Of a stretch of DNA of 64,000 nucleotides, positions 9,439 through 19,973 are shown in pieces (positions within the stretch are counted from its first letter, which is position 1; each line of letters opens with the position of its first letter). The DNA lies in sequence record LR756504.1, one strand, 5' to 3'. The notes below the pieces were generated by a model that did not search any database, was not told the DNA's origin, and saw nothing but the letters and a program-made list of their open reading frames with translations. A program made the translations under genes and the position numbers.

Positions 9439-10998
9439 CTAATTACACACAGGACAATCTCTTTCACCTTGTCCACCACATTCATAACATTCCCTGCTTC
9501 CTTCATTACAATAATTACAATATACTTTACCATCATTACAGTCGGAATTAGTACAATCAATTTTACCTATACCTTCACAGTTGTGGCATGTATTATGACC
9601 ATCTGTACAATATGCACAAGGTTCATATCCAATACCATCACAATCCTCACATTTTTCAATATTAAGCTTCCCAATACCTTTACATGTCTTACATTTAACT
9701 TCAATTTTCTTTTGCTCACCTATGCCATTAATAGTAAGTTGTGGTTCATCGATTAGTATAACACCTTTTCCTTTACAATCCACACATTCATCATAAGTTT
9801 CACCTACACCATTACATGTGTCACATTCAGAACCTCTGCCTGTTCCATCACATTTTTCACAGTCTATTTCACCAGTTCCACTACAATCAGAGCATTCAAT
9901 TTTTTCTGTTCCATCACAATAAGGACAATCTTGGTAACCATCACCATCACACTCATCACATTCATAAGAACCGTTATCACATTCACATGTAATAGTACCA
10001 TCACCCCCACATCTTTCACATTTATTATTAGGGCCGCCGTCAGTTTCGGACCATTTTTGAACATGACTCCTTGTGCTTGAATTGGTTAAATAATAACCAT
10101 CTGCGTCCTCACATAGAAATTTTATAGTATCCATGTATGGTTTTTCTACTTCTATCCAATCAATGCCTTTTGGTAAATTTATATCAAAATTTAGCTGTTT
10201 TACTCCATCTGAAGTATTAAATCTTTGACATGTGTATGATTGCTCAGTTTTATAAACCCATCCTTTTGTTTTAGCGTAATCAACCATCATATGAAGAGTT
10301 TCATCATCAATACTATAAACTCTATCCATAAATGTATATGTTTCTCCTTCGAAATCTTTAATATCTTTCCATATAATAGCTCTCGCCATTAATGTATTAC
10401 TTTTAATATCTATAAGAGCTAATAAATAAACATTAGGTGTTTTTGTATAAACTGTAAAATAATCTTCACACGATTCATATCTCATGCACGAATTATAAAG
10501 AGAAATGCTATCAGTTTTTCCATCTGGCCTAATGTAGTATTTATTTTCATTATACCATTTACTAATAACATCACCATGAAATAATTCAAATTTTGTTTTT
10601 TCTGAATCAGAAAACATTTTGTTGTGTGCTATCTTAAATTTATTAACAAAATCTTCTATTGCTTTATCATTAACGTCTACACCTTTTTTAAGAAGTAATG
10701 CTCTAAGTAAACGTCCAATTTTAGTTGATTGTCTTTTCTTTGATGTCCATTCAGTTTCACCTTCACTTGGTAATGTTTTACCAATATATGATACAAAATC
10801 ATTTTTATCACGTAAAATATCAAGATAGCTATCGCCTAAATCATCTTTTCCTTGATGTGCATCTAATAAAAATTTAGCTAATGGATCATCTATTTTTTCT
10901 AAAAGTTGTATTAAAGAATGGCTTAATACCAATTCTTTTTCAGAAATCATACCATTTAAAAAATTAAGGAATTCAACTAAAATTTTATAGTGATTCAT
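9439..10998 (-). CDS. SCMRY-domain protein with long C-terminal DnaJ-like CxxCxGxG zinc-finger array
   Basis: KIGRLL, SCMRY, RAIIW, FMDRVY; 14 CxxC plus 2 irregular Cys pairs. Start moved from 11130 to 10998 because a terminator lies in the longer N-terminus. Confidence 0.7.
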   Translation of the reverse strand: MNHYKILVEFLNFLNGMISEKELVLSHSLIQLLEKIDDPLAKFLLDAHQGKDDLGDSYLDILRDKNDFVSYIGKTLPSEGETEWTSKKRQSTKIGRLLRALLLKKGVDVNDKAIEDFVNKFKIAHNKMFSDSEKTKFELFHGDVISKWYNENKYYIRPDGKTDSISLYNSCMRYESCEDYFTVYTKTPNVYLLALIDIKSNTLMARAIIWKDIKDFEGETYTFMDRVYSIDDETLHMMVDYAKTKGWVYKTEQSYTCQRFNTSDGVKQLNFDINLPKGIDWIEVEKPYMDTIKFLCEDADGYYLTNSSTRSHVQKWSETDGGPNNKCERCGGDGTITCECDNGSYECDECDGDGYQDCPYCDGTEKIECSDCSGTGEIDCEKCDGTGRGSECDTCNGVGETYDECVDCKGKGVILIDEPQLTINGIGEQKKIEVKCKTCKGIGKLNIEKCEDCDGIGYEPCAYCTDGHNTCHNCEGIGKIDCTNSDCNDGKVYCNYCNEGSRECYECGGQGERDCPVCN

Positions 10999-11050
10999 TT
11001 GAAATAATAATACATTTTGATTATATATATTAATTAATTGATATAAAACA

Positions 11051-11079
11051 AAAAATCCTCTAAAATATAGAGGATTTTT
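11051..11079. terminator. Intrinsic terminator after the 11099 ORF
   Basis: AAAAATCCTCTA-AAATA-TAGAGGATTTTT. Confidence 0.75.
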
Positions 11080-11098
11080 AAAAATAGCTATTAACTTA

Positions 11099-12550
11099 TT
11101 ATCTTCTTCCGACACCTTTACAATATTCACAAGTCATAGTATCACCATCTTCTTTATGATGTCCTACGCCATCACATTCTTCGCAAAAACCACCATGATT
11201 GTATGACCAATTATCATCCCACTTTTGATTTTCATCATTAGTAAGTCTCGGAACTAATTTACCTGTTTCAACATCTTTAAAATATTTAAAAAATTTCAAT
11301 GTATCTAAATAAGGAAATCTAGTATTTTTCCAATCAGACCAATTAATATCATTTATAATAAATGCTTGTAATACAGATTGTTTTACGATAGCACCATTTG
11401 TAATAGGTGTATATGGTTTAGCGTTTTGTGTAGCTTTATACCACCAACCTCTTTTTTCAGCATATAGTTTAAACAATTCATCTAAAGGACCTTCAACACA
11501 ATAGATTCTATCCATAAAAGTAGCTATTTCACCATCAATTAGAATATCATTCCAAATTAATGCTCTACCCATTAATAATCCATTTTCTTTACTTATTAAA
11601 GTAAGAAGAGATATAAAAGGAGTATGTGTATAAACATGAAGATAATCTCCACATTTATCATAACGCATACAAGATTTATTTAGTGTGTCACCACCATCAA
11701 TGGGTTGGTGATATGAATTACCATTATACCATTTGATAATTTCTTCACCTTTTGTCATTTTCCAATCAGCAAATTCTAATTGCTCAGAATCGTCTACTTT
11801 TTGAATCGATCTGTATTTAGCAACGAAGGTATCTATCTCAGGCTGTGTGAATTGAACACCCCTTTCGTTGGCTACAGCAGTAACTAATCTACTAATTTTA
11901 GTTTTTTGTCTACTTGGATGTCTCCATACATCTCTTTCATTACCAATATCTTTTTTCTTTATTGGTAGATATGAAATAAATCCTTCTTCTGATGCAGTAT
12001 CAATATAACTAAAATCAATATTTAATACTTCTGAACTATTATGTAAATCTAAAAGAAATCTTGAAATAGTACCACCCATTCTTTTCAATTTATGTGATAG
12101 ACTTTTACCTAAAACAATTTCTTTTTGCTCCATTATAGAAAATAAGAATCCTCTTAATTGATCCATATCAGTTATAATAGAAGCTGGTGTTTTTTTAGAA
12201 GAAGTGGATTTTTTATCAGAAGAAGCAACTTCTGAATACCTATTCTTTATTACTTTTTTAGGAGTAAATGTAGCACCACCTATACCCCAATCATTTATAT
12301 TAATTGGTTGTTCTAAAAATTGTCGTTGCCTTTCAATATGTTCAGCAATCACTCTTTGTCTATCACCCTCATTATCACCCTCATTGTTATTTACATCAGG
12401 AATAGGAATACCCTCAGTAAAAAGCAACCAAACACCACCATTTTGATGTTCTTCTGCACCCACTTCCATATCTCTTCCTTTTTTTTGGGACACCCTTTTT
12501 TTATTTAAATAATCTTGGAAAGATCCTCTTTCGTTATCACCAGTTGGCAT
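11099..12550 (-). CDS. SCMRY-domain protein (paralog of 9439 ORF) with one terminal CxxCxGxG pair
   Basis: KISRLV, SCMRY, RALIW, FMDRIY, PYLDTLK; likely start MPTGDNERG at 12550 (track gives 12637). Confidence 0.7.
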   Translation of the reverse strand: MPTGDNERGSFQDYLNKKRVSQKKGRDMEVGAEEHQNGGVWLLFTEGIPIPDVNNNEGDNEGDRQRVIAEHIERQRQFLEQPININDWGIGGATFTPKKVIKNRYSEVASSDKKSTSSKKTPASIITDMDQLRGFLFSIMEQKEIVLGKSLSHKLKRMGGTISRFLLDLHNSSEVLNIDFSYIDTASEEGFISYLPIKKKDIGNERDVWRHPSRQKTKISRLVTAVANERGVQFTQPEIDTFVAKYRSIQKVDDSEQLEFADWKMTKGEEIIKWYNGNSYHQPIDGGDTLNKSCMRYDKCGDYLHVYTHTPFISLLTLISKENGLLMGRALIWNDILIDGEIATFMDRIYCVEGPLDELFKLYAEKRGWWYKATQNAKPYTPITNGAIVKQSVLQAFIINDINWSDWKNTRFPYLDTLKFFKYFKDVETGKLVPRLTNDENQKWDDNWSYNHGGFCEECDGVGHHKEDGDTMTCEYCKGVGRR

Positions 12551-12638
12551 ATTTTTCTTTTTAATTGCTTTTTTAATCAATTTAATGTAAAAAATAATAA
12601 TTTTCTTACATTTTTTTATAAATTTGAAAATTTTCATC

Positions 12639-14324
12639 TTATTTTTTGTTAATCTTCTTCAAGGCATCTATAAAATATTGTGGAAACATTTTAGTATTTC
12701 CAACTAAAATATCACCAAAACAGCTATCTAATATGAATGTATCGCAATAATCATCATTATTTCGCACACTTCTACCATAACTTTGAATTATAGTCTGTAT
12801 AGTCTTTAACGCATACCACGAAGGTTTGTTCTTCAAACGGACTTGATTTACTTTAGAACTTAGACTTGGATATGGAACTTTTATTATAATTTGGAATCTA
12901 GACAAGTCATCTTTTAAGTCAATTCCTTCACTCATGGAAGCTGAAACCAGGACACAATCATCAATTCTATTAATATGCTCATTAAGTTTAACATCTCTTT
13001 TATCAGGATCCACGAAAATTAATCGTTCATCTTTAATATCTCTTCTAACGTATTCTAAAAATTCATACGAATTCGTATGAATTATTCCTTTTTTACCTTT
13101 ATACTTTTTTAATATTTGCTTTATTACAGGTACAAAATTCCCCCAAGAACTCTCTTTATGTTGATATGATAACTTTCCTAATGGGTAATAATAAATAGGT
13201 CTTTTTGATGCATCGAATGGTGATGTTTGAGAAAAGAATGAGAAATCATTTTCAGGTATACCATTCAGAAACGAAAATGTATTTCCATCAATAATAGTAC
13301 CTGACATGAATATAATATGTTTATACTTACCCCAAACATGTTTAGCTAATATATCACCTGTCCACAATGGTTGAATAGTCCACGTAATATCACCTTTAAT
13401 AATTTTTCTATCTGCTACCCATTCAGAAGTATTACTTCTAAAGTCTTCTAAAAACTTTTTTAATTTAGAAGTTAATTCTGATATGTATTTTATAGTTCTT
13501 AGCCTTTCTTCCCATTTCTTATCCTTTAATGATGGTAAAACTGCTCTGTGTGCTCCTTCTGAAATAGCTAAATCAGCCAATAATGTATTTTCAATCCAAT
13601 TTGCAATTTCTTCAATTCTTTCAAATTTAGCTAATTCAAATTCATACTTAGAATCCCTACCACCTACTATTAAACCTCTCCATGTTTTTGGACCTAACAC
13701 AAAAGTTACGAAATCATTAATAATAGATTCAAAATTGTGACATTCATCTATTATCAGAACATCAGATTTTCTAACATCTAAAATTTCACTATTAAATAAT
13801 GCATATAATCCTATTAAATGAAAATTAGTTAAACTGATTTTACCATCAAGCCATTTACTTTTAGCTTCTTCGTATGGACATTCTTCACATTTTTGTTTTT
13901 TATTGCTCTGATTGCATATATTTCCGAATTCACATGTTCCACTCCATCTATCACATTCGTAATTTGATCTACCCCATAGATTATTGATATAATCAAATTC
14001 GTTAACATATTGTGTTTGAAGAATTTTACTATTGGTTAAAATATCAAATTTTGCATTACCATTTATTCTCTCTAAATATCTCTTACATAAATACATCGAA
14101 TAAATACTTTTGCCGCTACCTGTTGGTAGTTCTAAGGCTAAAAATTTATTACCACTTTCTATACTTGATATAGACCACTCTATTGCATTTTCTTGAATTG
14201 GTCGTAATGTATAATCCATAGAATCAAAAAGCATTTCTTTGACTACTCTATCCCTTTTTTTGACAATTTTCTTAAAGTTTTTCATTCTTAAAAATATTTG
14301 ATTTAAAATATCATTTATTGACAA
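12639..14324 (-). CDS. DinG/Rad3-like SF2 helicase
   Basis: LELPTGSGKS, Cys cluster typical of the Fe-S domain, IIDECH, MSGT, EGIDL, QSYGRSVR. Confidence 0.85.
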   Translation of the reverse strand: MSINDILNQIFLRMKNFKKIVKKRDRVVKEMLFDSMDYTLRPIQENAIEWSISSIESGNKFLALELPTGSGKSIYSMYLCKRYLERINGNAKFDILTNSKILQTQYVNEFDYINNLWGRSNYECDRWSGTCEFGNICNQSNKKQKCEECPYEEAKSKWLDGKISLTNFHLIGLYALFNSEILDVRKSDVLIIDECHNFESIINDFVTFVLGPKTWRGLIVGGRDSKYEFELAKFERIEEIANWIENTLLADLAISEGAHRAVLPSLKDKKWEERLRTIKYISELTSKLKKFLEDFRSNTSEWVADRKIIKGDITWTIQPLWTGDILAKHVWGKYKHIIFMSGTIIDGNTFSFLNGIPENDFSFFSQTSPFDASKRPIYYYPLGKLSYQHKESSWGNFVPVIKQILKKYKGKKGIIHTNSYEFLEYVRRDIKDERLIFVDPDKRDVKLNEHINRIDDCVLVSASMSEGIDLKDDLSRFQIIIKVPYPSLSSKVNQVRLKNKPSWYALKTIQTIIQSYGRSVRNNDDYCDTFILDSCFGDILVGNTKMFPQYFIDALKKINKK

Positions 14325-14391
14325 ATATTGGCATTTTTCAAAATAATATCTATATACGAATATAATATATACTAAAAAGTATTAAAGTTTA

Positions 14392-14646
14392 ATGCAAAAT
14401 AGAGTTTTATCTTTTTCTGATTATACAAAAGAAAGCACTTATAAAATGGGTGCTAATGGTATGGAATTACAGGAATGGTCATATTACAAAGATCATTATC
14501 CAGAAAAATATGATATGCCCAAAGAGGAGCAATTTGTATGGATTATTAAACATAAAGAAAAGAAGATGATAATAGTTAACAGTACTATATCAGAAGACAA
14601 AGTTAAAACTATTTTAGAAGAAATGAAAAAAGCAACGCTTTTATAA
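14392..14646 (+). CDS. Hypothetical protein with CTS-like N-terminus
   Basis: 84-aa ORF, MQNRVLSFSDYTKES. Confidence 0.5.
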   Translation: MQNRVLSFSDYTKESTYKMGANGMELQEWSYYKDHYPEKYDMPKEEQFVWIIKHKEKKMIIVNSTISEDKVKTILEEMKKATLL

Positions 14647-15155
14647 TGAATATCTTCAATTTTGATAAATGGAATGATTTAAATGAGGAACGAATAACTC
14701 CCATTGGTATAGAGAAATTCAACGAATTACTTATTAAATATGCTCATTCTAATCAAAATGCTTTTTTATACAAAAAGATAATTAATCCTAAAACTAAAGT
14801 TGGTATTTTTTTTAAAACTACTAAACAATTTGAAAATCATGTTAATGAGCTTAAAACAGGAGAAAAACAAGAATGGAATGGATTTCCATTAAGAGATATG
14901 AGTTTAGTTTGCTATAATTACATTGAAAAAGAAGAAGGTGAAACATTCATGGTATTTCCTTTTAAATCGTCTCTATTTACAATATCTTCAAAAAAAGAGT
15001 GGGACACAGATGTAAATAGTGAAAATTGTAATAAAGGATATTGGACAGATAAAATCAAATGGTTAGAAAACTTAGATCAAAGGGAATTATGGACTGAATC
15101 ACCATGTTTAATAATTTCCAAAAAGATGTGGGATTCATTAAATAAAAAATCTTAA
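14646..15155 (+). CDS. Hypothetical protein with CTS-like N-terminus
   Basis: 169-aa ORF, MNIFNFDKWNDLNEE; TAATG coupling. Confidence 0.55.
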   Translation: MNIFNFDKWNDLNEERITPIGIEKFNELLIKYAHSNQNAFLYKKIINPKTKVGIFFKTTKQFENHVNELKTGEKQEWNGFPLRDMSLVCYNYIEKEEGETFMVFPFKSSLFTISSKKEWDTDVNSENCNKGYWTDKIKWLENLDQRELWTESPCLIISKKMWDSLNKKS

Positions 15156-15171
15156 TTTTTATATATACATT

Positions 15172-15894
15172 ATGAAATTTTTAAAGGATTATAAATTATT
15201 TGAAAGTTATAATGAGGTTAAATCATTATTGATTAATCCTACAAGTAATATGAGAAGCAATTATAATAATATAATTAAAGCTATTAATGCGGTTTGTACA
15301 GGATTTGGATTAAATACGGGTAAAGAATTACTAAAAGAGATCGCTATGGTTGAAACAAGACTCGGTACATTACCTGGTTCTATAAGAACTACAGGTAGAG
15401 GTGGTAGAGGTCCATGGCAAATTGATGAAATTGCATATAGAGATATTATTTCAAGAGGAAAAAAAGAATTCAAAGTATTTTTCAATAAATTTAAAATTTA
15501 TACAGGTATAGACTTATCACAAGTGCAATGGAATGAATGTAATCAATTTTTAATAGGATGTGCATTTGCAAGATTGATAATGCAAGAAAGAGGTATTAGT
15601 GATAATATTAAAGATAGAGCGGATAGAGCACTTGCTTGGAAAAAGTATTATAATACTGTTGCAGGAAAAGGAACACCACAAAAATACTGGGAAATAGTTT
15701 CAGATTGTAATAAAGCATTAGCAATAAATGATCCATTAGCGGGTAAAACGTATAATGATTATATAGAAGAAAAAGATCAAATTTTAGCAGCACCTGATAC
15801 AGAATCAATTATTCAATCACCACTTTATAAACAAAATGATGCATCAGAAATTGATTCTACTTATGTTGCGAAAAAGCCATATATTAGTAAATGA
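15172..15894 (+). CDS. Lysozyme-like/transglycosylase-fold protein (copy 1)
   Basis: AMVETRLG, GPWQID, WKKYYNTVAGKGT; paralog of 31645 ORF. Confidence 0.6.
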   Translation: MKFLKDYKLFESYNEVKSLLINPTSNMRSNYNNIIKAINAVCTGFGLNTGKELLKEIAMVETRLGTLPGSIRTTGRGGRGPWQIDEIAYRDIISRGKKEFKVFFNKFKIYTGIDLSQVQWNECNQFLIGCAFARLIMQERGISDNIKDRADRALAWKKYYNTVAGKGTPQKYWEIVSDCNKALAINDPLAGKTYNDYIEEKDQILAAPDTESIIQSPLYKQNDASEIDSTYVAKKPYISK

Positions 15895-16259
15895 AGAAAA
15901 AGGAATTTAAAGAAATTTTAGATTACCTTTTTGGTGAAATACATGGAATAGATACACATCGAATATGTTATGATGATTATAGCTATGATGAAAACATCAA
16001 TATAATTGTGAATTATCTTAGAGACGAAGAAAATACTTTAAGAGTTATATTTCCTGAATATGATGTATTAACAACAGAAAATTCCCAATTAAATAGTCTT
16101 CTATCTAAATTATCATCAGCTTCAATTTTATATAAAGAAATTGATAATACATATTTTTATCATGAAATGTTATTAAATAAAGAAATTATTGGTAAAATTA
16201 TTTTTCATAAAATTCTTAAAGAGAATAGAAAATATAAGATAAGTAATTTATTATTCTAA
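15891..16259 (+). CDS. Hypothetical protein ending RKYKISNLLF
   Basis: 122-aa ORF. Confidence 0.5.
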   Translation: MKKKEFKEILDYLFGEIHGIDTHRICYDDYSYDENINIIVNYLRDEENTLRVIFPEYDVLTTENSQLNSLLSKLSSASILYKEIDNTYFYHEMLLNKEIIGKIIFHKILKENRKYKISNLLF

Positions 16260-17525
16260 TATACTTTCAATTTCTTTGAAGAAAATTGTCTCCACTCTTT
16301 CTTTAAAATGTGTTGGATAGTATATGGAATCATGTACGGTGAACATTTTAATGTCAGGCATCTCTTTTTTTATCTTAATACAAATATTTTGAAAAATTAA
16401 TTTCGATTCAATAATTTGTAACTTGTGTGCCAGCACTTTACTATCATCTTTTTTATATTGCTTCATCCATTCAAATATTCTTGGATATAAATTCTTAAAA
16501 ATTTTATTCAATCTACATGTTTCATAATTCTTACCAAAAAATACTTTGTAAATTAATGTTTTTGCTTCCGCTCTTGTTAGAGATGAACACTCCATTATTT
16601 CTTCATATATAAGTCCATTTTTTACAGTTTCAAAATATCTTTTGAATTCTATAGGTTCTTTTTTATCAAAACCAGTTTCTTTTAAAAGTTGAATTAATAA
16701 TCGTGGTTGAGAATTTTTAATATCCGTTTCACATACAGCATGACCATCAATTTTTAAGAATGATGATCTAATATGACTTTTAAGAGTCGTGAAATTTGTG
16801 TGAAATCTACCATACTTATCTTCGGTAAAATATGGTTGTTTATGTGCAATTTCTTCAACACTCATTAAATTTTTATTATAAGCCAAATCTTGAATTTGCC
16901 CCGATTTATATAGATAATCTAAATATCTTTTTGACTCATGTATATCAATTTCTACAAATAATAAGTCATGTGCTAATAGTTTTTTAATAGGACTTAATGT
17001 AGTTATACTCTGCGATTCATCCGCACATAAATCAATAAATTGAGAATTATAAAAAGTCCTTTTATATTTATTCAGTATAGTTTTATTAGTATTATATATT
17101 CTAATTTTTGAATCAGGTATATTAAATAAATCCTTATTTACTTCATATTTTCTAGAGCTTTTTCCAGCACAATGATTCTTTACTTTTTTCAAAAAACCAA
17201 CATTAACTAAAAATTGTACAACATACTTATAATTAGCACCATAAAGTTTTCTAAATACCGTAGAGTTTAAATAAAATATATTATCATCGGTTCTAAATAC
17301 TTTACATATCAATTTATGTGTTAAATCAAATATAAAATCTGTATTAACTTCCATATTTCTACTAAGTATATTTTTATTACCATCTTTTGTTGTATATTTA
17401 CATTCAACAGTTAAAAATTCTTTATTTACATAAGACTCAAATGATTTAGGAATCCATTGTAAGATACTTTCTCTATTTTCTATAGCTTCTATAACTTCAT
17501 TTGAAATAATTTTCCTCATATACAC
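16251..17525 (-). CDS. Minimal family A-like polymerase (TV-Pol-like), no exonuclease domain
   Basis: GRF, motif A DIKNSQP, motif B RAEAKTLIYKVFFG, Q-x-x-E, motif C TVHDSI. Confidence 0.7.
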   Translation of the reverse strand: MYMRKIISNEVIEAIENRESILQWIPKSFESYVNKEFLTVECKYTTKDGNKNILSRNMEVNTDFIFDLTHKLICKVFRTDDNIFYLNSTVFRKLYGANYKYVVQFLVNVGFLKKVKNHCAGKSSRKYEVNKDLFNIPDSKIRIYNTNKTILNKYKRTFYNSQFIDLCADESQSITTLSPIKKLLAHDLLFVEIDIHESKRYLDYLYKSGQIQDLAYNKNLMSVEEIAHKQPYFTEDKYGRFHTNFTTLKSHIRSSFLKIDGHAVCETDIKNSQPRLLIQLLKETGFDKKEPIEFKRYFETVKNGLIYEEIMECSSLTRAEAKTLIYKVFFGKNYETCRLNKIFKNLYPRIFEWMKQYKKDDSKVLAHKLQIIESKLIFQNICIKIKKEMPDIKMFTVHDSIYYPTHFKERVETIFFKEIESILE

Positions 17526-17587
17526 AATATTTACTATTATTATAAGAAAGTTATTCTAGTTTTAATATATACTTTAAAATATTTTTT

Positions 17588-17830
17588 ATGGCTAAAATTG
17601 TAAATAAATATTCAGATTATATGAAATCCTTAAATAAGGACTATGATTGGGATCCTATACCAACTAGGGATATATCACATCAAAAATGGAATCCAAATGC
17701 AGACATTAGAGAAATTGGAATAGGTGATGCTGATCCAGTGTTAAAATTTAAAGATTGGATTGGTCAATATTGGTTAAAAAAACAAGATGTTTCTAAAATC
17801 AGAAGAAAGAATAAGAATAAGAAAAAATAA
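17588..17830 (+). CDS. Hypothetical protein, basic C-tail
   Basis: 80-aa ORF; AATATATAC upstream. Confidence 0.5.
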   Translation: MAKIVNKYSDYMKSLNKDYDWDPIPTRDISHQKWNPNADIREIGIGDADPVLKFKDWIGQYWLKKQDVSKIRRKNKNKKK

Positions 17831-17865
17831 TGCTATTTTTTGATATATAGTCAAAAAGGTATAAA

Positions 17866-18138
17866 ATGGCAAACAATAATAGTACAACAAGAAGAGGAAA
17901 TTACATCTGTAAAGTAGGTGATTTAGATATTTATCAAAAGACTACACACGAAACATCAGGAAAAGGTAAAAGTGATGTTACTAATTTAAAGATTGTATCA
18001 AGAATATTATCAATTTATCACGCAAAGAAACTCTTAATTGGTGGATTTAAAACTAAAGATTTAGCCGTAGCGAAAGCCACTGAAATTATGGATGGTGGTA
18101 TGAAAGCTGTCAATAATTTAAAGAAAGGTAAAAAATAA
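17866..18138 (+). CDS. Small basic hypothetical protein
   Basis: 90-aa ORF; GATATATAG upstream. Confidence 0.55.
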   Translation: MANNNSTTRRGNYICKVGDLDIYQKTTHETSGKGKSDVTNLKIVSRILSIYHAKKLLIGGFKTKDLAVAKATEIMDGGMKAVNNLKKGKK

Positions 18139-18141
18139 TAT

Positions 18142-18174
18142 AAAAAGGGTTTTTCTAATTAGAGAAGCCCTTTT
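18142..18174. terminator. Bidirectional intrinsic terminator
   Basis: AAAAAGGGTTTTTCT-AATT-AGAGAAGCCCTTTT between convergent ORFs. Confidence 0.75.
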
Positions 18175-18419
18175 ATTTTTCTATTCCTACACCAAGCCAA
18201 ATAAGAATTTTTATGCTCATTCATTAACACATTCGTTAAATCTTCTAATGTATTCATATCATCAGATGATAAATCATTATTTAAATATCTTTTACTAATA
18301 GCCTCAAAGTAACCCCAAAGGTATTCATTATCCTGAACATTTAACATAATACTTTTATATTTTGAGAATTCGATAATTAAATCCAATTCATCAAACAAGT
18401 TCTTTGTTTTTTTTGTCAT
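18159..18419 (-). CDS. Hypothetical protein ending RNRKIKGLL
   Basis: 86-aa ORF. Confidence 0.55.
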   Translation of the reverse strand: MTKKTKNLFDELDLIIEFSKYKSIMLNVQDNEYLWGYFEAISKRYLNNDLSSDDMNTLEDLTNVLMNEHKNSYLAWCRNRKIKGLL

Positions 18420-19080
18420 TAATGTATATATCGATAATAGTGGATATTTTGTTATAAAATGGTGATGGTTCTATCCAGAAATTCTCTTCGCCTTTACCAT
18501 ATAATTTATTCAAAATTTGTTTTAATTTTATGGAATTAATGGCTATTTTTGAATTACTCTGAACAGTTAAATAATAATTATCCACCGAATTACATTTTAT
18601 TATTAATTGAACATAACCAAGGCTAATTAACATAGTGAACATATCATTTCTATTCTTAATTAATTTTTCTATTATTATACCATAATTCTTAAAAAAATTA
18701 ACAATTTCTCTAACTTTATTCGAAAGTGTAAAATCTAAATTTTCTGCTATAAGTTTGTTATTAAGATATTCATCATTATAAAAACCATTTTTTAAAATGA
18801 TTTCTTTAGAGTAAACTAATATTTTATATCTACCCTTATACTTAAAAAATTCTCTGTCTTCACTCAATTTAGACTCTATTTCAATAAATTTATTCCAAAA
18901 GATTAGATTGAATGCATTATTTTCATAAACTTTTAATATAAAATCATCATTTAAAATGGACTCCACTTTAAATTTTCTAAATACTTTATAATCAGGTATT
19001 TCCTCAAGAAAAATACCATTTAACTTTAAAAAATCAACAATTTTGCTTATTCTATCCACTTCAATTATAGTTAAAGACAC
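18391..19080 (-). CDS. Hypothetical protein
   Basis: 229-aa ORF. Confidence 0.5.
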   Translation of the reverse strand: MSLTIIEVDRISKIVDFLKLNGIFLEEIPDYKVFRKFKVESILNDDFILKVYENNAFNLIFWNKFIEIESKLSEDREFFKYKGRYKILVYSKEIILKNGFYNDEYLNNKLIAENLDFTLSNKVREIVNFFKNYGIIIEKLIKNRNDMFTMLISLGYVQLIIKCNSVDNYYLTVQSNSKIAINSIKLKQILNKLYGKGEENFWIEPSPFYNKISTIIDIYINDKKNKELV

Positions 19081-19100
19081 AAAAATGTTTATAATTAATA

Positions 19101-19130
19101 TTGTATATTTGATAATTTTTATTATATTTG
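19101..19130 (+). promoter_or_regulatory. Bacteroidota-type sigma70 promoter
   Basis: TTG (19101-19103), 19-nt spacer, TATATTTG (19123-19130). Confidence 0.65.
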
Positions 19131-19148
19131 TTATTAAACTTTAAATTA

Positions 19149-19973
19149 ATGGGTGTTGTTATTATACTAATACTTGTATCTTTACTTATTTATGTTACCC
19201 TATCAGATGATAAAAAATCACCTTATAGAAATTATGATGATATTTCAAAAGTAGAAAGAGATGATTATTTCAGAAAAACTACTTTGAGAATAAGAATTAA
19301 AAAAAATCTATCCGTATACTTTAAGGCAAATTTCTTAAATATGATCACAAATATGATAATTGAAAGGCACACAGAACCTTGGAGAGCGTATCATACTATG
19401 AAACATATTAACTCTATTCTTGATATGTTAGAGGATAATGCTGTAGTATTCTCTAATAGAGATGTATATGGTCAATTATTTTTAGTAGCTGTATATCATG
19501 ATATTGTTTATAAACCTTGGAGAAAAGATAATGAAAAAATGAGTGCCGAACTTTTTAAAAAGCATTGGACTAAATATGCAAAGAAATCGCCCAATAAAAA
19601 CATAATTGAAAATTTTGTATATAATTGCATAACACAAACAAAAAATCATGATGGCGAAAAACATTTAGAACATGTATTTAATTCTTTAGATATGTCTATA
19701 ATAAGTGGAACTAAAGAAGAAGTTATGTTATGGGAGAAAGAAATAGCGAAAGAATATAGCTTTATCCCATATAAAATATACAAAAAACATAGATTAGAAT
19801 TTTTAGAAAAATTCAGTCAATATGGAAATATAATCAAAGTTATAGAATATGTTAAAAATACTAAAAGTACTAATAATCCACTTTTATATTTCTTAAATAG
19901 CTATTTTAAGTTATATTCACATAAAATCAGCAAATTTTTCACTATAGATATGGATTTCGATATAGATATTTAA
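19149..19973 (+). CDS. Membrane-anchored HD-domain phosphohydrolase
   Basis: RAYHTMKHI, AVYHDIVY, NEKMSA, LDMSII; N-terminal TM; start set to ATG 19149 because the track TTG overlaps the promoter. Confidence 0.75.
   Translation: MGVVIILILVSLLIYVTLSDDKKSPYRNYDDISKVERDDYFRKTTLRIRIKKNLSVYFKANFLNMITNMIIERHTEPWRAYHTMKHINSILDMLEDNAVVFSNRDVYGQLFLVAVYHDIVYKPWRKDNEKMSAELFKKHWTKYAKKSPNKNIIENFVYNCITQTKNHDGEKHLEHVFNSLDMSIISGTKEEVMLWEKEIAKEYSFIPYKIYKKHRLEFLEKFSQYGNIIKVIEYVKNTKSTNNPLLYFLNSYFKLYSHKISKFFTIDMDFDIDI

Noticed and set aside
10999-11130. N-terminal extension of the Zn-finger protein given in the track
   Set aside because: It overlaps the upstream gene and contains a clear terminator hairpin (11051-11079) and the putative late box.
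18391-18419. Programmed frameshift at an A8 run fusing the 229-aa and 86-aa ORFs
   Set aside because: A-runs are ubiquitous at this composition and the downstream ORF has its own ATG; no stimulatory structure seen.
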